From Mobula hypostoma (Eukaryota): a DNA stretch of 64,000 bases. The notes under the pieces are model-generated. The model worked only from the letters and a program-made list of their open reading frames with translations. It was not told the origin of the DNA and made no database searches. Below, piece after piece: positions 23,701 to 35,948 of the stretch. A program made the translations under genes and the position numbers. The stretch covers positions 20,026,001 to 20,090,000 of the forward strand of contig NC_086108.1 of assembly GCF_963921235.1 (NCBI RefSeq), written 5' to 3'. Position 1 is the first letter of the stretch. The number at the start of each line of letters is the position of its first letter.

Positions 23701-26107
23701 CTAAATTGCTCTCAAAAGGAAAAAATATTAAAAGTGAGATATACAAAATCACTAAAAAAAAAGCGTATTATCATTTAAGAATGTAAAAAGTACCTACACT
23801 ACAAAATCAAGGCAAGAACCCTCAGAATATAAAATTCTAATTCTATAAGGTAAATATTAACTTTTTTTTTAAAAAAAGGAAATGAAAATCAGATCAAAGA
23901 AAAGAAAAAAAAACAATGCATTAATTAGTCCTCAGCAGAGGAAGACAAATTGTCGAGAAAACTTTGAACTTCGGTCAGAGTTTTGAACAAACGACAAGAT
24001 TTGTCCGGCATAACAACTCTCAAACAGGCTGGGAACAACAACGCTATTTTATAGCCCTGACGATAAAATTCTGACATCTGTGGTTTAAAAGCCACCCGTT
24101 CTTTCAATAATTCTTGGCTGAACTCCTCAACATTTCGAAATTTAAAACTTTGAAATTCAAAGCCTTTCTGTCGAGCAGCTCGATTCACTTGTTCCTTAAC
24201 ATGAACATAGTGAAACCGAATAATGACTGGCCTCAGTCTGGCTTGTTTCGCCGGTTTAACATGTAAAGAACGATGTGCATGGTCTAACAACGGGGGTTCC
24301 TCCAAAATATCTGAATCAAACACATCCACTAACAATTTAGAAAAGTATTTAGCAGGATCTCCCGTCTCAACATCTTCAGGAAAACCGATTATTCGCAGAT
24401 TCTGTCGTTGAGAGCGATTTTCAAGATCAATAATCTTGGCTTTATAACGCTCCAACTGCTGAGTTGCCAAAGTTAAATTTTTTTCAAGAGCTTCAATTTT
24501 TCGATCCCTTTTGCGGCCATCTTCATCCAGTTCCAAGATTCTAATTTGTTGTTGATCGATTTCACGTCTGAACGATTTAATATCATCTTGAGTCGTCTTC
24601 ACCACTCCTTCAATTACGGTGCGTCTTTGATTAATTGTAGTCTCTAGAAGTTTCTTCATTATTTCAAGAGTTAGTGGAGCCTCCTTCGATGCTTCAGGAT
24701 CATCATCTTTTTTTCCGTTCCCACTGGAGCCCTTTCCGTTTTTAACTTCTCGTCCTCTGGTATGCATTTTCAGTAAGTAAAAATCAAATTTCAAAGATAT
24801 ATTTGTAGTATAATTCCTTTAGTGTAAGTATAGGTAAAGTAAATAAGAGTGGTTACATGTAAAAAAGATAAAGAGAATGGAGCAACGTCAAAGTACAGCT
24901 CACTCCATGAGTGCCCCCCCGCCGGAAAAAAAAAGTCCAAAGTCCCAATAGCCTCCTCATCTCACGCAGGTGGCAGAAGGGAGAATCCCTCCCTACCATG
25001 AACCCCCAAGCGCCGCAAACTTGCTGATGCAGCACCATTGGAAGACCCGACCGCAGTGGTCTCTGAGTCCGTCCGAAAACTTTGAGCCTCCGACCAGCCC
25101 CTCCGACACAGCTTCTCCGAGCACCATTGTCTGCCAAGCGCTTCGACCCTGCCCCAGCTGCCAAGCAACAAGCAAAGCCGAGGACTCGGGGCCTTCCCCT
25201 CGGGAGATTCTGGACCACACAGTAGCAGCAGCAGCGAAGCAGGCATTTCAGAAGTTTCACTAGATGCTCCTCTGTGCTCTCATGTACGTCTCCATCAAAT
25301 CAGGATTGTGCACAGCACCCTACTTGACAAATAACAGACATCACCACCGGAGTGGCCACTGTGAGCTGCATCGCGCCGCCATCTTCTCCTCCCGCCTCTT
25401 GGGAGTGTGGAGGATCAGAGGGATCTTGGGGTCCGAGTCCATAGGACGCTCAAAGCAGCTGCGCAGGTTGACTCTGGTTAAGAAGGCATACGGTGCATTG
25501 GCCTTCATCAATCTTGGGATTGAGTTTAAGAGCGTAGTGTTGCAGGTATATAGGACCCTGGTCAGACCCCACTTGGAGTACTGTGCTCAGTTCTGGTCGC
25601 CTCACTACAGGAAGGATGTGGAAGCCATAGAAAGGGTGCAGAGGAGATTTACAAGGATGTTGCCTGGATTGGGGAGCATGCCTTATGAAAACAGGTTGAG
25701 TGAAGTCGGCCTTTTCTCCTTTGAGCGACGGAGGATGAGAGGTGACTTGATAGAGATATATAAGATGATGAGAGGCATTGATCGTGTGGATAGTCAGAGG
25801 CTTTTTCCCAGGGCTGAAATGGTTGCCACAAGAGGACACAGGTTTAAGGTGCTGGAGAGCACTTACGGAGGAGATGTCAGGGGTAAGTTTTTTACACAGA
25901 GAGTGGTGAGTGGTTGCTGGCAACGGTGGCGGAGGCGAATACGATAGGGTCTTTTAAGAGCCTTTTGGATAGGTACATGGAGTTTAGAAAAATAGAGGGC
26001 TATGGATAAGCCTAGTACTTTCTAAAGCAGGGACATGTTCGGTACAACTTTGTAGGCTGAAAGGCCTGTATTGTGCTGTAGGTTTTCTATGTTTCTGTGT
26101 TTCTATA
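17798..26107 (+). mobile_element. 5'-truncated CR1 (17798-18820 and 25397-26107) hosting nested insertions
   Basis: DKSPGPD, YMDFSKAFD, KFADD and VRPHLEYC motifs; TTTCTATG-type tail at about 26085-26107. Confidence 0.9.
19048..24925 (-). mobile_element. Near full-length L1 (~5.9 kb): open ORF1 (24767-23925), long spacer, disrupted ORF2
   Basis: ORF1 has LENRSQRQNLRIIGFPE and RPVIIRF. ORF2 has SWNTNG, NVYAPN, GGDFN, GPDG, RQGCPLSP, YADD and CDRC. TSD AAAAAAAAAGTC at 19036-19047 and 24926-24937. Confidence 0.93.
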
Positions 26108-28379
26108 ATTGCAGAAAGATATCATTACTCTTGTATCAAATCCTTATGCAGTAAAGGGCAGCCTATTACTTGCCTTCCCATTTGCCCACTGCTACATCAT
26201 GTTAACTTTCAGTGGCATATGCACATTTCCTTTTGACCATCAACATTTCCCAATCACTCATCACTTAAAAAGTATTTAGTACTCCTGTATTTTCTGCTGA
26301 ATTGTTCACCTTCAGATTTTTCCAGATGTGTTCCATTCAGCACAGTGTTGCCCATTTCTCTAGCCTCTTTGATAGATTGATAGTTTGATAGATTTTGCAC
26401 ATCAGGGAACCAAGTCTTATGAGGATTTTGCTGGAAGGTGATACTACAGTAGAAGTACGGCCATGATTTTGATGGAGGAACAGGCAAAAAGAGCTGCATA
26501 GCCTAATCCTCATTCTTATTTTTATGTTGTAACGGGAGATCGAACACGGTTCAGTTTCACTGGTCAAAGTCAAAAATCAAAGAAAATTTATAACAAAGTT
26601 TGTTCAAGTTACTGTATATGGCCTTGCGACTCATTTTCTTGCAGGTATTTACAGGAAAATAAAGAAATACAATTGAATTCAGATTTGGGAACAGCTTCTT
26701 TCCAACTGTGATAAGACTACTGAATGGATCCTGACCTGGATCTGGGCCGTACCCTCCAAATATCCAGACCTGCCTCTTGGTTTTTTTTGCACTACCTTAC
26801 TTTCCATTTTTCTATTTTCTATTTATGATTTATAATTTAAATTTTAAATATTTACTATCGATTTGTAATCCAGGGAGCCAGAAGCGCAGAATCAAATATC
26901 GCTGTGATGATTGTATGTTCTAGTATCAATTGTTTGGCGACAATAAAGTATAAAGTATAAACCATATATAAACTATCACTGACAAACAACCAATGTGCAA
27001 AAGACAAATTTTGCAAATAAAAATTAAATAATACTGAGAACAGGAATTGTTATTGTCAAAAGTGAGTTTGTAGGTTGTGGAATCAGTTTAGAGTTGTGAG
27101 TGAAGTTATCCACGCCAGTTACAGCCATGATGCCTGATTTTTGTAGATAACGAAGCCTGAGCTTGTCTGTGTTGGACCTAAAACTCCTGTACGTTCTGCC
27201 TGATGGTAGTAGTGAGAAGGAGGAATGACCTGGATGGTGGGATCCTTGATGATGGATGCTGCTTTCTTGTGGTAGCACTCGGTGTCAGTGTGCTCAATGG
27301 TAGAAATAGCCTGTCAAACTGAGAAAGCAGGGAGTCTGCAGGACTTGGATCAGGATAATGGACAGATAAGTGGCAGATGGAATATAGTGTAGGGAAGTGT
27401 ATGGTCATGCATCTTGGGTGAAAGAATAAAGGTGTGGACTATTTTCTAAACGGAGAAAATTCAGAAATCAGAGGTGAAAATGGACTTGAGAGTCCTCATG
27501 CAGGATTCCTAAAGGTTAACTTGCTGTTTGCATTCATTGTAAGAAGATAGAATATAAAAGCATGATGTAATGCTGAGGCTTTATAAGGCATTGGTCAGAC
27601 TGCACTAGGAGTATTTTGAGCAGTTTTGGGCCCCTTATTTAAGAAAGGACGTGCTGGCATTGGAGAAGGTCCAGAGGAGGTTCATAAGAATGATCCTGGG
27701 AATGAAAGTGTTAATGTATGAGAAGTGTTTGAAGGCTCTGGGACTACCCCCGCTGGAATTTGGAAGAATGTGCGGGGAGGGAGAAATCTGATTGGAACCT
27801 ATCGAGTATTGAACGACCTAGACAGAATTGACATTGAGAGGTTGTATTGAGAAGTCTAGGCCCAGAGGACACAGCTCATAATACAAGGATATCACTTTAA
27901 ATCAGAGAAAAAGAGGAATTTCTTTAGTCACAGGGTGGTGAATATATGGAATTCATCGTCACAGAGGAGGCCAAACCTGGGGTATATTTAAAGCAGAAGT
28001 TGTTAGGTTCTTGATTCGTAAGGGCATTAAAGCTTACGGGGTAAGGCAGGAGAATGTGGTCAAGAGAGAGAATACACCATCCATGATGTCATGGTGGAGC
28101 AGACATGATGGGCTGAATGCCTAATTCTGCTCCCATGACTTAAGGACCTATTGATCCCTGCTCTTTGCTTTTTTTTAAACCTATTAACCAACTTAATACA
28201 CTCGATTTCAGGGCCATCATGTCAACTCTAACAAAGTGGGTTTCTCACTGACTGCAAAACCTATGAGCATTGAGTGGAATCCATATATTCTTCAGCTTCA
28301 GAAAACTTTTGTTGCTTTTTTCCCCACAAAAAAGGTTTGGTGTGATAAATAATGAAATTCCTGTTTTCTTCTACTGTAG

Positions 28380-28479
28380 ACCTGAACAGTTTTGTTTCTC
28401 GGACTCATACTTGTGGAGAGCTTTGTGCTGCTCATATTGGTCAGGAGGTTAGACTCTGTGGCTGGATTCAGTATCAAAG
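28380..28479 (+). CDS. DARS2: DARS2 exon 2
   Basis: ctgtAG acceptor and GTatgt donor, 100 nt. Encodes (D)[32 protein letters not shown](R), the AspRS N-terminal RTHTCGEL...V.LCGW motif. Confidence 0.96.
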
Positions 28480-29150
28480 GTATGTACTAAGTATTTGTTC
28501 CTTTGCTGATTTGTAGATTAGCTTTATTTGGCAAGTGTGTTGTTTGTACACTTACATCAAGTAACATTCGAGAACGTCGGGGGCAGAAGTGAGTATAGTT
28601 GCTATTAGTAAGGACAGGTACTTGGGAAGCTGAAAGGTTTGAAGGTAGATAAGTCCCCAGGGTTCTGAAGGAGGTAGCAGACAGGAGGCAAAGAGAGGAA
28701 ATAAGGGTGGCCTGGTTGGATGCCGATGACTAGTGGTGTTCTGCAGGGGTCAGTATTGGGGCCACTTCTTTTTACATTATGTGTCAATGATTTGGATAAC
28801 GGAATGGACTTTGTGGCCAAGTTTGTGGATGATACAAAGATAGATAGAAGGGCAGGTACTATTGAGGAGGTAGGGGATTTGCAAAAGAACTTGGACAGAC
28901 TAGGAGAATGGGTAAAGAAGTGGCAGGTGGAATTACAGTGTAGGGAAGTGTATGGTCATGCACTTTGGTAGAAGGAATAAAGGTGACTATTTCTAAACAG
29001 GGAGCAAATTCAGAAATCAGAGGTGCAAAGAGACTTGGAAAATCTAGTGCAGGATCCCTTAAAGGTTGGCTTGCAGAATGAGTCGGTAGTAAGGAAGGCA
29101 AATGCAGTGTTAGTATTTAGAGAGAACTAGAATATAAAAGCAGGGATGTA

Positions 29151-29740
29151 CACTCAGTGTCCACTTTATTAGGTACATCTGTGTTCCTGCTTGTTAATGC
29201 AAATATCTAATCAGCCAATCGTGTGGCAGCAACTCAATACATAAAGGCATGCAGACCTAGTCAAAAGGTTCAGACCAGACATCAGAAAGGGGAAGAAATG
29301 TGATCTAAGTGACTTTGAACATGGAATGATTGTTGGTGGTTTAAATACGTCAGAAATTACTGATTAATGGGAATTTCATCAACAACAGTCTCAAAGCAAA
29401 ACAACATCCACTGAGCAGCAGTTCTGTGGGCAAAAGCACCTTGTTAATGAGAGAGGTCAGAGGAGAATGGCCAGACCGGTTCAAGCTGGCAGTAACTCAA
29501 ATAACAACATGTTACAGCAGTGGTGTGCAGAACAGTATCTCTGAACGCTCAACACGTTGAACCTTGAAGTAGATGGGTTACATGTTCTGTATGTTCATGG
29601 TCTTCTGCTGCTGCTTCATGGTTCGATGTGTTGTGCATTCAGAGGTGCTCTTCTGCACACCACTGTTGGAATGTGTGGTTATTTCAGTCACTGTTGCCTT
29701 CCTATCAGCTTGATCCAGTATACCCTGTACCTAATAAAAT
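29151..29740 (+). mobile_element. Tc1/mariner-derived non-autonomous element
   Basis: Follows TA and starts CACTCAGTGTCCACTTTATTAGGTACA; the complementary TACCTAATAAA lies at the other end. A related end lies at about 30480-30547. Confidence 0.65.
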
Positions 29741-32700
29741 AGTAATTGTAAAGGCTTTATAAGGTATTGATCAGACCACACCGAGTATTATGAGCAGTTT
29801 TGGGCTCCTTATCTCAGACTGTGTGTGCTACCTTTGGAGAGGGTCCAGAGGAGGTTCACAAGAATGATCCAAGGAATCATTCGTAGGTTAACATATGAGG
29901 AGCATTTGGTGACTCGCTGGAGTTTAGAAGAATGAGAGGGGCTCTCATTGAAACCTATTGAATATTGAAAGGCCTTGATAGAGTGGACGTGGAGAGGATA
30001 TTTCCAATAGTGGGTGAATCTAGGTCCTGAGGGCACAGCTTCAGAATAGAGGCGAACGTATTCAGAAGAATAGAGATGAGGAAGAATTTCTTTAGCCATA
30101 AGGTGGTGAATCTGCATTCATTGTGTATATATAAAGTGGAGGTTGATAAGTTCTTGATTAGTAATGGCATCAAAGGTTACAGAGAGAAGGCAGAAGAATG
30201 GCATTGAGAGGAATAGTAAATCATTCATGATTGAATGGCAGAGCAGACTTGATGGGCCACATGGCCTAATTCTGTTCCTCTGTCTTATGGTCTTCCCTTT
30301 CAATGTAGAAACACTGACAAGGATTGTTCCTGAACTCTGAATTTTATATACTATTGTTTAAACAGATTTAACAAGAATAATAAAACACAGTAAAGTCAGT
30401 GGTTTGGAGGCAGGTATAATGAACATGTTCAACTCTGAAATTCCATTCAGCATGTAGTTTCTGACATGTGACTATCTGAGTTACTGTCACCTTTCTGTCA
30501 GCTTGAACCAGTATACCCCATACCTAATAAAATGGCCGCTGACTGTATGGTTAAGGCAATACAATGCAAGCAGATAGCAGCAATATAGTTTCATAATTGA
30601 GGGCTGATCTTTTAAACTTGAAAATTGCCGTGGAAACTACTGCAGTAAACAGCCTGCATAAAGCCATTAAAATGAATAACCAACAGTACGAATCCTAGAA
30701 AGAACCAATAGACATGGCAGAATAAATCATCCAGAAGATAAGGCTTGCAGCTGGAAATACCAGGGAGGCCTCTTAGTCTTTGAAAACATGGTTGCAGGGG
30801 AGGGTATCGGGTAAGACTGAAGACCAAGGCAATCCTTTGTTGGCACGCTTCTGGATTATGTGTAGTCATTAGAAAACAAGATTGAGGATCTCAGAGCATG
30901 ACTATTGGTAGGGTACAAGGGGCTGCTGTGTACAGTACTCTATTTCACAGACATGTGAAATTAACCCAACTCAACTGACATGGTGTCTAGTTCATTGATC
31001 GACCGCATGGCCCAGATAGCAGCGTCAGGTAAGGGAAAAGGTGGCTGTGTCTTAATGATAAACTCATCGTGGTACACAGACACAGTGGTTTTGTTCCATT
31101 CCTGCTCCCCCTGCCTGGAACATCTTGCACTGAAGTGCTGACTCTTCTACCTGCTGCGGAGTTTTCTCCTGTTCTCCTGACTGCATTCTACATCTTACCT
31201 CAGGCAGACATCAAGCTCGCACTTGAGAAGCTTGACGTTGTAATCAACAAGAGTAAAGTGGCATACCTTGTCACCCGTTACATCGTGGCAGGTGACTTGT
31301 ATCAGTTTAGCTTAAGTAAGTGTCTGCCTAATCACAATCAACATTATCTGAAACACTAGAAGACCGAACACATTCGACCACTGTGATACCACCATTAAGT
31401 ACGCCTTGGTAAATCCAACTACCATGCTCTGCGGCTTCTGTTGGTGTACAGACAGAGATTGAAGAATGCAACACTGATGAAGAGCTGGGTGGCAGAGGCA
31501 GAGAAGTGAATTTGGGATTGTTTAGAGTTAGAAGATTGGATCATGTTCAAGGATTCATTAAAAGACCTAAGTGAATATGCCACAGTTATCATCAATTTCA
31601 TATGGAAATACATGAACAAATGTGTACCCACAAAAAACGTTCCTTGCCTTCCCCAACCAGAAGCCCCTGAATGAACCAGATTTGTAATTTGTTGAGGGCT
31701 AGATCTGTGGCATTTAGTGCTGGCAGTCAAGAATCATAGAAGTCCAGGTGCAACCTCTGGATGGCCATTGAGAGTGCAAAGAAGCAATTTCAGACTAAAC
31801 TGGAATTACAGATGGATGCTCAGCAGCTAGAGCAGGACTTGCGCAATGTTACATCCTACAAGGTGAGATTGGTTAGAGTAAGTGGCTACTGTCCAATCCG
31901 TTCTGAATGAGCTCAATGCCTTTTATGTATTCTTTGAAAGGAAGAACTACTTTTCTCAAAGAAATGCCACACATACATTTCTGGATGACCCGATACTTTC
32001 AGTCTCTGAGGCCAGCAACTGCGCTTTCTTCAAGTGAATAAATCTACAAAGGGCTTTTGGTCCTGATGGTGTATCTGGCTGAATACCAATGATCTGCGTG
32101 GACCATCCAGCTGAGTATTTTTGGAAATATTTCAGTCTCTCACTTCTGCACTGTTAAGTTCTGATCTGCTTCAAAAGGCATCTATTGTACGGGGTCCAAG
32201 AAGAGCACGATGACCTGCCTCAATGACTACTGTCTGGTAGCCCTTACATTAATCATAATGAAGTGCTTCAGAATGCTGGTATTGGGCATATCCAACTCCT
32301 GCCTCAGAGAGCACCTAGATAAGTTTCAGTTTGCCTACTGCCAGAACAGTGAAACAGCGGATACTCAGCCTATAATTACCCTTTTGGAGTTGAGCTTTGC
32401 CTGTACAACCTGGCATTTTTTGCAGGGTGAACTGAAATCTCAAAGGTGCAGGACAGTTGTGGCCGAATTGAGAGTGGAGAAGGAGCTGATGTTTGGCCAT
32501 TGCTGGAGCGAACTTGGATGCAACATGAAATGGCAGAACCATGGTGAGGCATGGTCGAAACATGGCCTGGTTCTGAGACTGGGAAAAGGCCAGTTATTTC
32601 ATGAAGGATCCCACCCACCCTGCTCATGGACTGTTTGTCCACTTTCATTAAGGGGAGATGCTACGTAGGGGACACCGGGACCATCAGACTCAAAAACAGT

Positions 32701-34762
32701 TACTTTTCCAAAGCAGTGAGGCAAATCAACACCTCCATCCGTTAACTCACCCCACAACAGCACAACTTTACCATTTCTTGTCAGTCATCTTCTATCTAGA
32801 CACTCTTGTACCTCCTGTCATTTTATGTATGATCAATTCATGTATATAAGCTATCTTATTTATTTGTATTTATGCTATTTTTTATATATAATTTTTATTG
32901 AGTTTTCAAAGTGATACATGAGAAAAAAAAATCTACCCTCCCCCCTCCCCTTAACCCTCCCCCCCCGATATATACTCCTACCTAAAAAGAAAAGAAAAAA
33001 AAAGGAACCACCTGAATATTGGAAGGTTTGCACATGCTCCATGGGATAAAAATAAATTTAATATATATTTGTTACTTTCCCCCAAGGAACCAAGATCTTC
33101 ATCATCGGAGCTATAAATAAGGGCTCCAAATATTCAAAAACGTTACATATTTATCTCTTAAAATCTAAAACATTACTTAGCTTCTCAACTGTCATAGTTC
33201 CCTGGGGAATCTCTTTGAACTTCACCATGTTGCTATGTGTTTCCCTCCCAATCATCCAGGCAAAAAGAAAAAAGAAAAAAAAATAGATAAGATACAAAAA
33301 AGGAAAAAAACAAAATACCCCCCCACTAATGTTGTGAATGAAAAGATACACAACACTACCCCCCTCCATTGTGTGGGTCGTGGCTATTGCCACGCTTGCA
33401 CACATGAATAACGTAGCGACTGGTCAGTGTTTCTTCCAGCTCCCCAGTAACAAAAAATTATATATACATAGAAAAAAATTAATGTTATTATTCCCAGCTA
33501 ATGTTCCTCAAATTTTAACCTTTCTTCCCCTCCCTCATATAATTAATAATATATTTATATATTCAACCGCCTAAAAATTCAACAGGCCTAATCCTTGATC
33601 CAGTCTTCATCTTCAATCCATCTCGCTCCCCTAAGTTTGGTCTTGTATCTGGTGAATATTCAAAGAATCTCACACAAACTCCTCTGCTTTCCGGTAATCG
33701 TCAAAAAATCTTTTTTCTCCACCAGGCAAAAAAATCTTCAAGGTTGCAGGATAACGCAATATAACTTGATAACGGTGATCCCATAGGGCTTTTTTCACTG
33801 GATTAAACTTCTTTAAAAGTTCATAACTTATGTCAGGGTAGAAAAAAATTTTCTTCCCTTCTATCATCAGTGGCCCTTTTCTCTTCTTGGCAGTTTGGGC
33901 ACCCGCCTGTAGAATCCTTTCTTTGTCTTGAAATCTTAAGAATTTTATTAAAATTGATCTTGGATATTGGTCATCTTGTGGTTTTGGTCTTAGAGCTCTA
34001 TGTACCCGCTCAATTTCAATTGATCGGTCTTCCTCTTTCATTTGCAAGGTTTTCGGGATCCATCTTTGAAAAAATTCTATTGGATTATCTTCCTCTATAC
34101 CTCCTTTAAGACCAACAATTTTAATGTTATTACGTCTACTAAAATTTTCCAACACGTCCACTTTCTCCAAGAGTCGATTTCTTTCCGTGTTCCAGACAAG
34201 CACATTATTTTCTGTTTTTTCCACTCTATCGTTAATATGCTCCATTGTTCTTTCCATCTTCTGAAGTTTCTTATCCATTTTATCCTGTCTTTTCATAGCT
34301 TTATCATAGCACATCTTCACGTCTCTAAGCTCTGTTCTTAATTTTCTTAGTTCAGCCGTTAATTGCAATAGAGCCTCTCTTATATCTCTGTCGTCTCCTT
34401 TACTTCCAGTCTCTTCCAGTTCTTCCTCCTCTTCTTCATCTGTATTCTCTGCGATATCCAATTCTGACTCTGAGTCACTTTCAGTTGCAGTGGCCGTCGG
34501 CTCTTGTAGTTTAAATTGTGTCGATTTGCGCATGCGTACTTCCGGCATCTTCTTCTGAGAGACCGCTACCGCCGCCATTGCTCCCTGTTCTTCTATGCCA
34601 GAGATAAAATGCGTCTCCTCTGAAGGAGATCCAACCTGAATCCGAGGCTCCATCGCTGCAGTAGGCCTTTTTTTCTTCCCATCTCGTGGCGACTTCACAA
34701 CAACAGACTTCTTCTGTTGAGGTTTACGAGGCATATCGTAGAGTAGTCTTACGAAGTTTATA

Positions 34763-35519
34763 GAACACACATAAAAGTTGCTGGTGAACGCAGCAGGCCA
34801 GGCAGCATCTCTAGAAAGAGGTGCAGTCGACGTTTCAGGCCGAGACCCTTTGTCAGGACTAACTGAAGGAAGAGTGAGTAAGAGATTTGAATGTGGGAGG
34901 GGGAGGGGGAGATTCAAAATGATAGGAGAAGACAGGAGGGGGAGGGATGGAGCCAAGAACTGGACAGGTGATAGGCAAAAGGGATACGAGAGGATCATGG
35001 GACAGGAGGTCCAGGAAGAAAGACAAGGGGGTGGGGGGCGACCCAGAGGATGGGCAAGGGGTATATTCAGAGGGACAGAGGGAGAAAAAGGAGAGTGAGA
35101 GAAAGAATGTGTGTATAAAAATAAGTAACAGACGGGGTACGAGGGGGAGGTGGGGCATCAGCGGAAGTTAGAGAAGTCGATGTTCATGCCATCAGGTTGG
35201 AGGCTACCCAGGCGGAATATAAGGTGTTGTTCCGGCGGACCTCCTGTCCCATGATCCTCTCGTATCCCTTTTGCCTATCACCTGTTCAGCTCTTGGCTCC
35301 ATCCCTCCCCCTCCTGTCTTCTCCTATCATTTTGAATCTCCCCCTCCCCTTCCAACTTTCAAATCCCTTACTCACTCTTCCTTCAGTTAGTCCTGACGAA
35401 GGGTCTCGGCCTGAAACGTCGACTGCACCTCTTCCTAGAGATGCTACCTGGCCTGCTGCGTTCACCAGCAACTTTTATGTGTGTTGCTTGAATTTCCAGC
35501 ATCTGCAGAATTCCTGTTG
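34763..35519. mobile_element. Penelope pLTR fold-back insertion
   Basis: Arms 34764-35012 and 35237-35485 are reverse complements. Flanked by a 15-bp direct repeat CTTACGAAGTTTATA (34748-34762 and 35520-35534). Confidence 0.88.
35389..35424 (+). ncRNA. Minimal type I hammerhead ribozyme motif (Penelope-associated)
   Basis: AGTC-CTGACGA-AGGGTCTCGGCCT-GAAA-C-GTC-GACT: stem I AGTC/GACT, CUGANGA and GAAA cores, GUC cleavage triplet (predicted cut after 35420). Confidence 0.75.
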
Positions 35520-35869
35520 CTTACGAAGTTTATAAGTAGTTTTCGGAAAGTATTTATTAACTTTACTTTGTTTAAACGGTACTTTGCTGATTTTTTACGG
35601 GAGAGCTGGATTTACACGTCTCAATCCCACGTCATCACGTGACGCCCCCCATTTATGCTATTTTTATTATTGTCTTTACCTTATTGTGTTTTTTTGTGCT
35701 GCATTGGATCAGGAGCAACAATTATTTTGTTCCCCTTTACTCTTGTGTACCAGAAATGACATCTTGAATTGATTTTGAATAATAGGCATTATTTTTACTA
35801 ACCACTGAGATAACATCCTCTTGCTTGATTTACACTTCATCCCCTTGTTTCCTCAGATTAGGTTTAGAA

Positions 35870-35948
35870 CAGGGTTCTCAACCTGCAATCCACAGACCCT
35901 CAGCTCAATGGTATTGGTCCATGGAATACAAAAAATTGGGAACCCCTG
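35870..35948. mobile_element. Short hAT-type MITE
   Basis: Imperfect TIRs CAGGGTTCTCAACCT and AAATTGGGAACCCCTG; degenerate 8-bp flanks GTTTAGAA and ATCTAGAA. Confidence 0.55.

Larger units (their letters stand above)
27300..30295 (+). mobile_element. Old CR1 3' fragments on either side of DARS2 exon 2 (27300-28150 and 28600-30295)
   Basis: SGVLQGSVLGP and KFVDD motifs; CR1 3'UTR-type sequence. Confidence 0.7.
32878..35650 (-). mobile_element. L1 derivative with 5'UTR, ORF1 (34734-33670) and 3' end, but almost no ORF2
   Basis: ORF1 has LENFSRRNNIKIVGL, IERVHRAL, PRSILIKF and FFYPD. TSD ATTTATGCTA(TTTTT) at 32868 and 35651; A-rich tail at about 32880-32900 on the minus strand. Confidence 0.85.
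30740..35775 (+). mobile_element. Degenerate Rex1/Babar-like LINE (30740-32870; 3' tail 35651-35775) hosting the ORF1-only L1
   Basis: RT motif LNDYCLVALT..IMKCF...LDKFQFAY; endonuclease remnants (GKGKGG, AFYILPQA, AGDL). Confidence 0.75.

Noticed and set aside
33670..34998. 442-aa ORF as a novel fusion protein
   Set aside because: The first ~88 aa are chance read-through of the non-coding Penelope pLTR. The real L1 ORF1 starts at 34734 (MPRKPQ).
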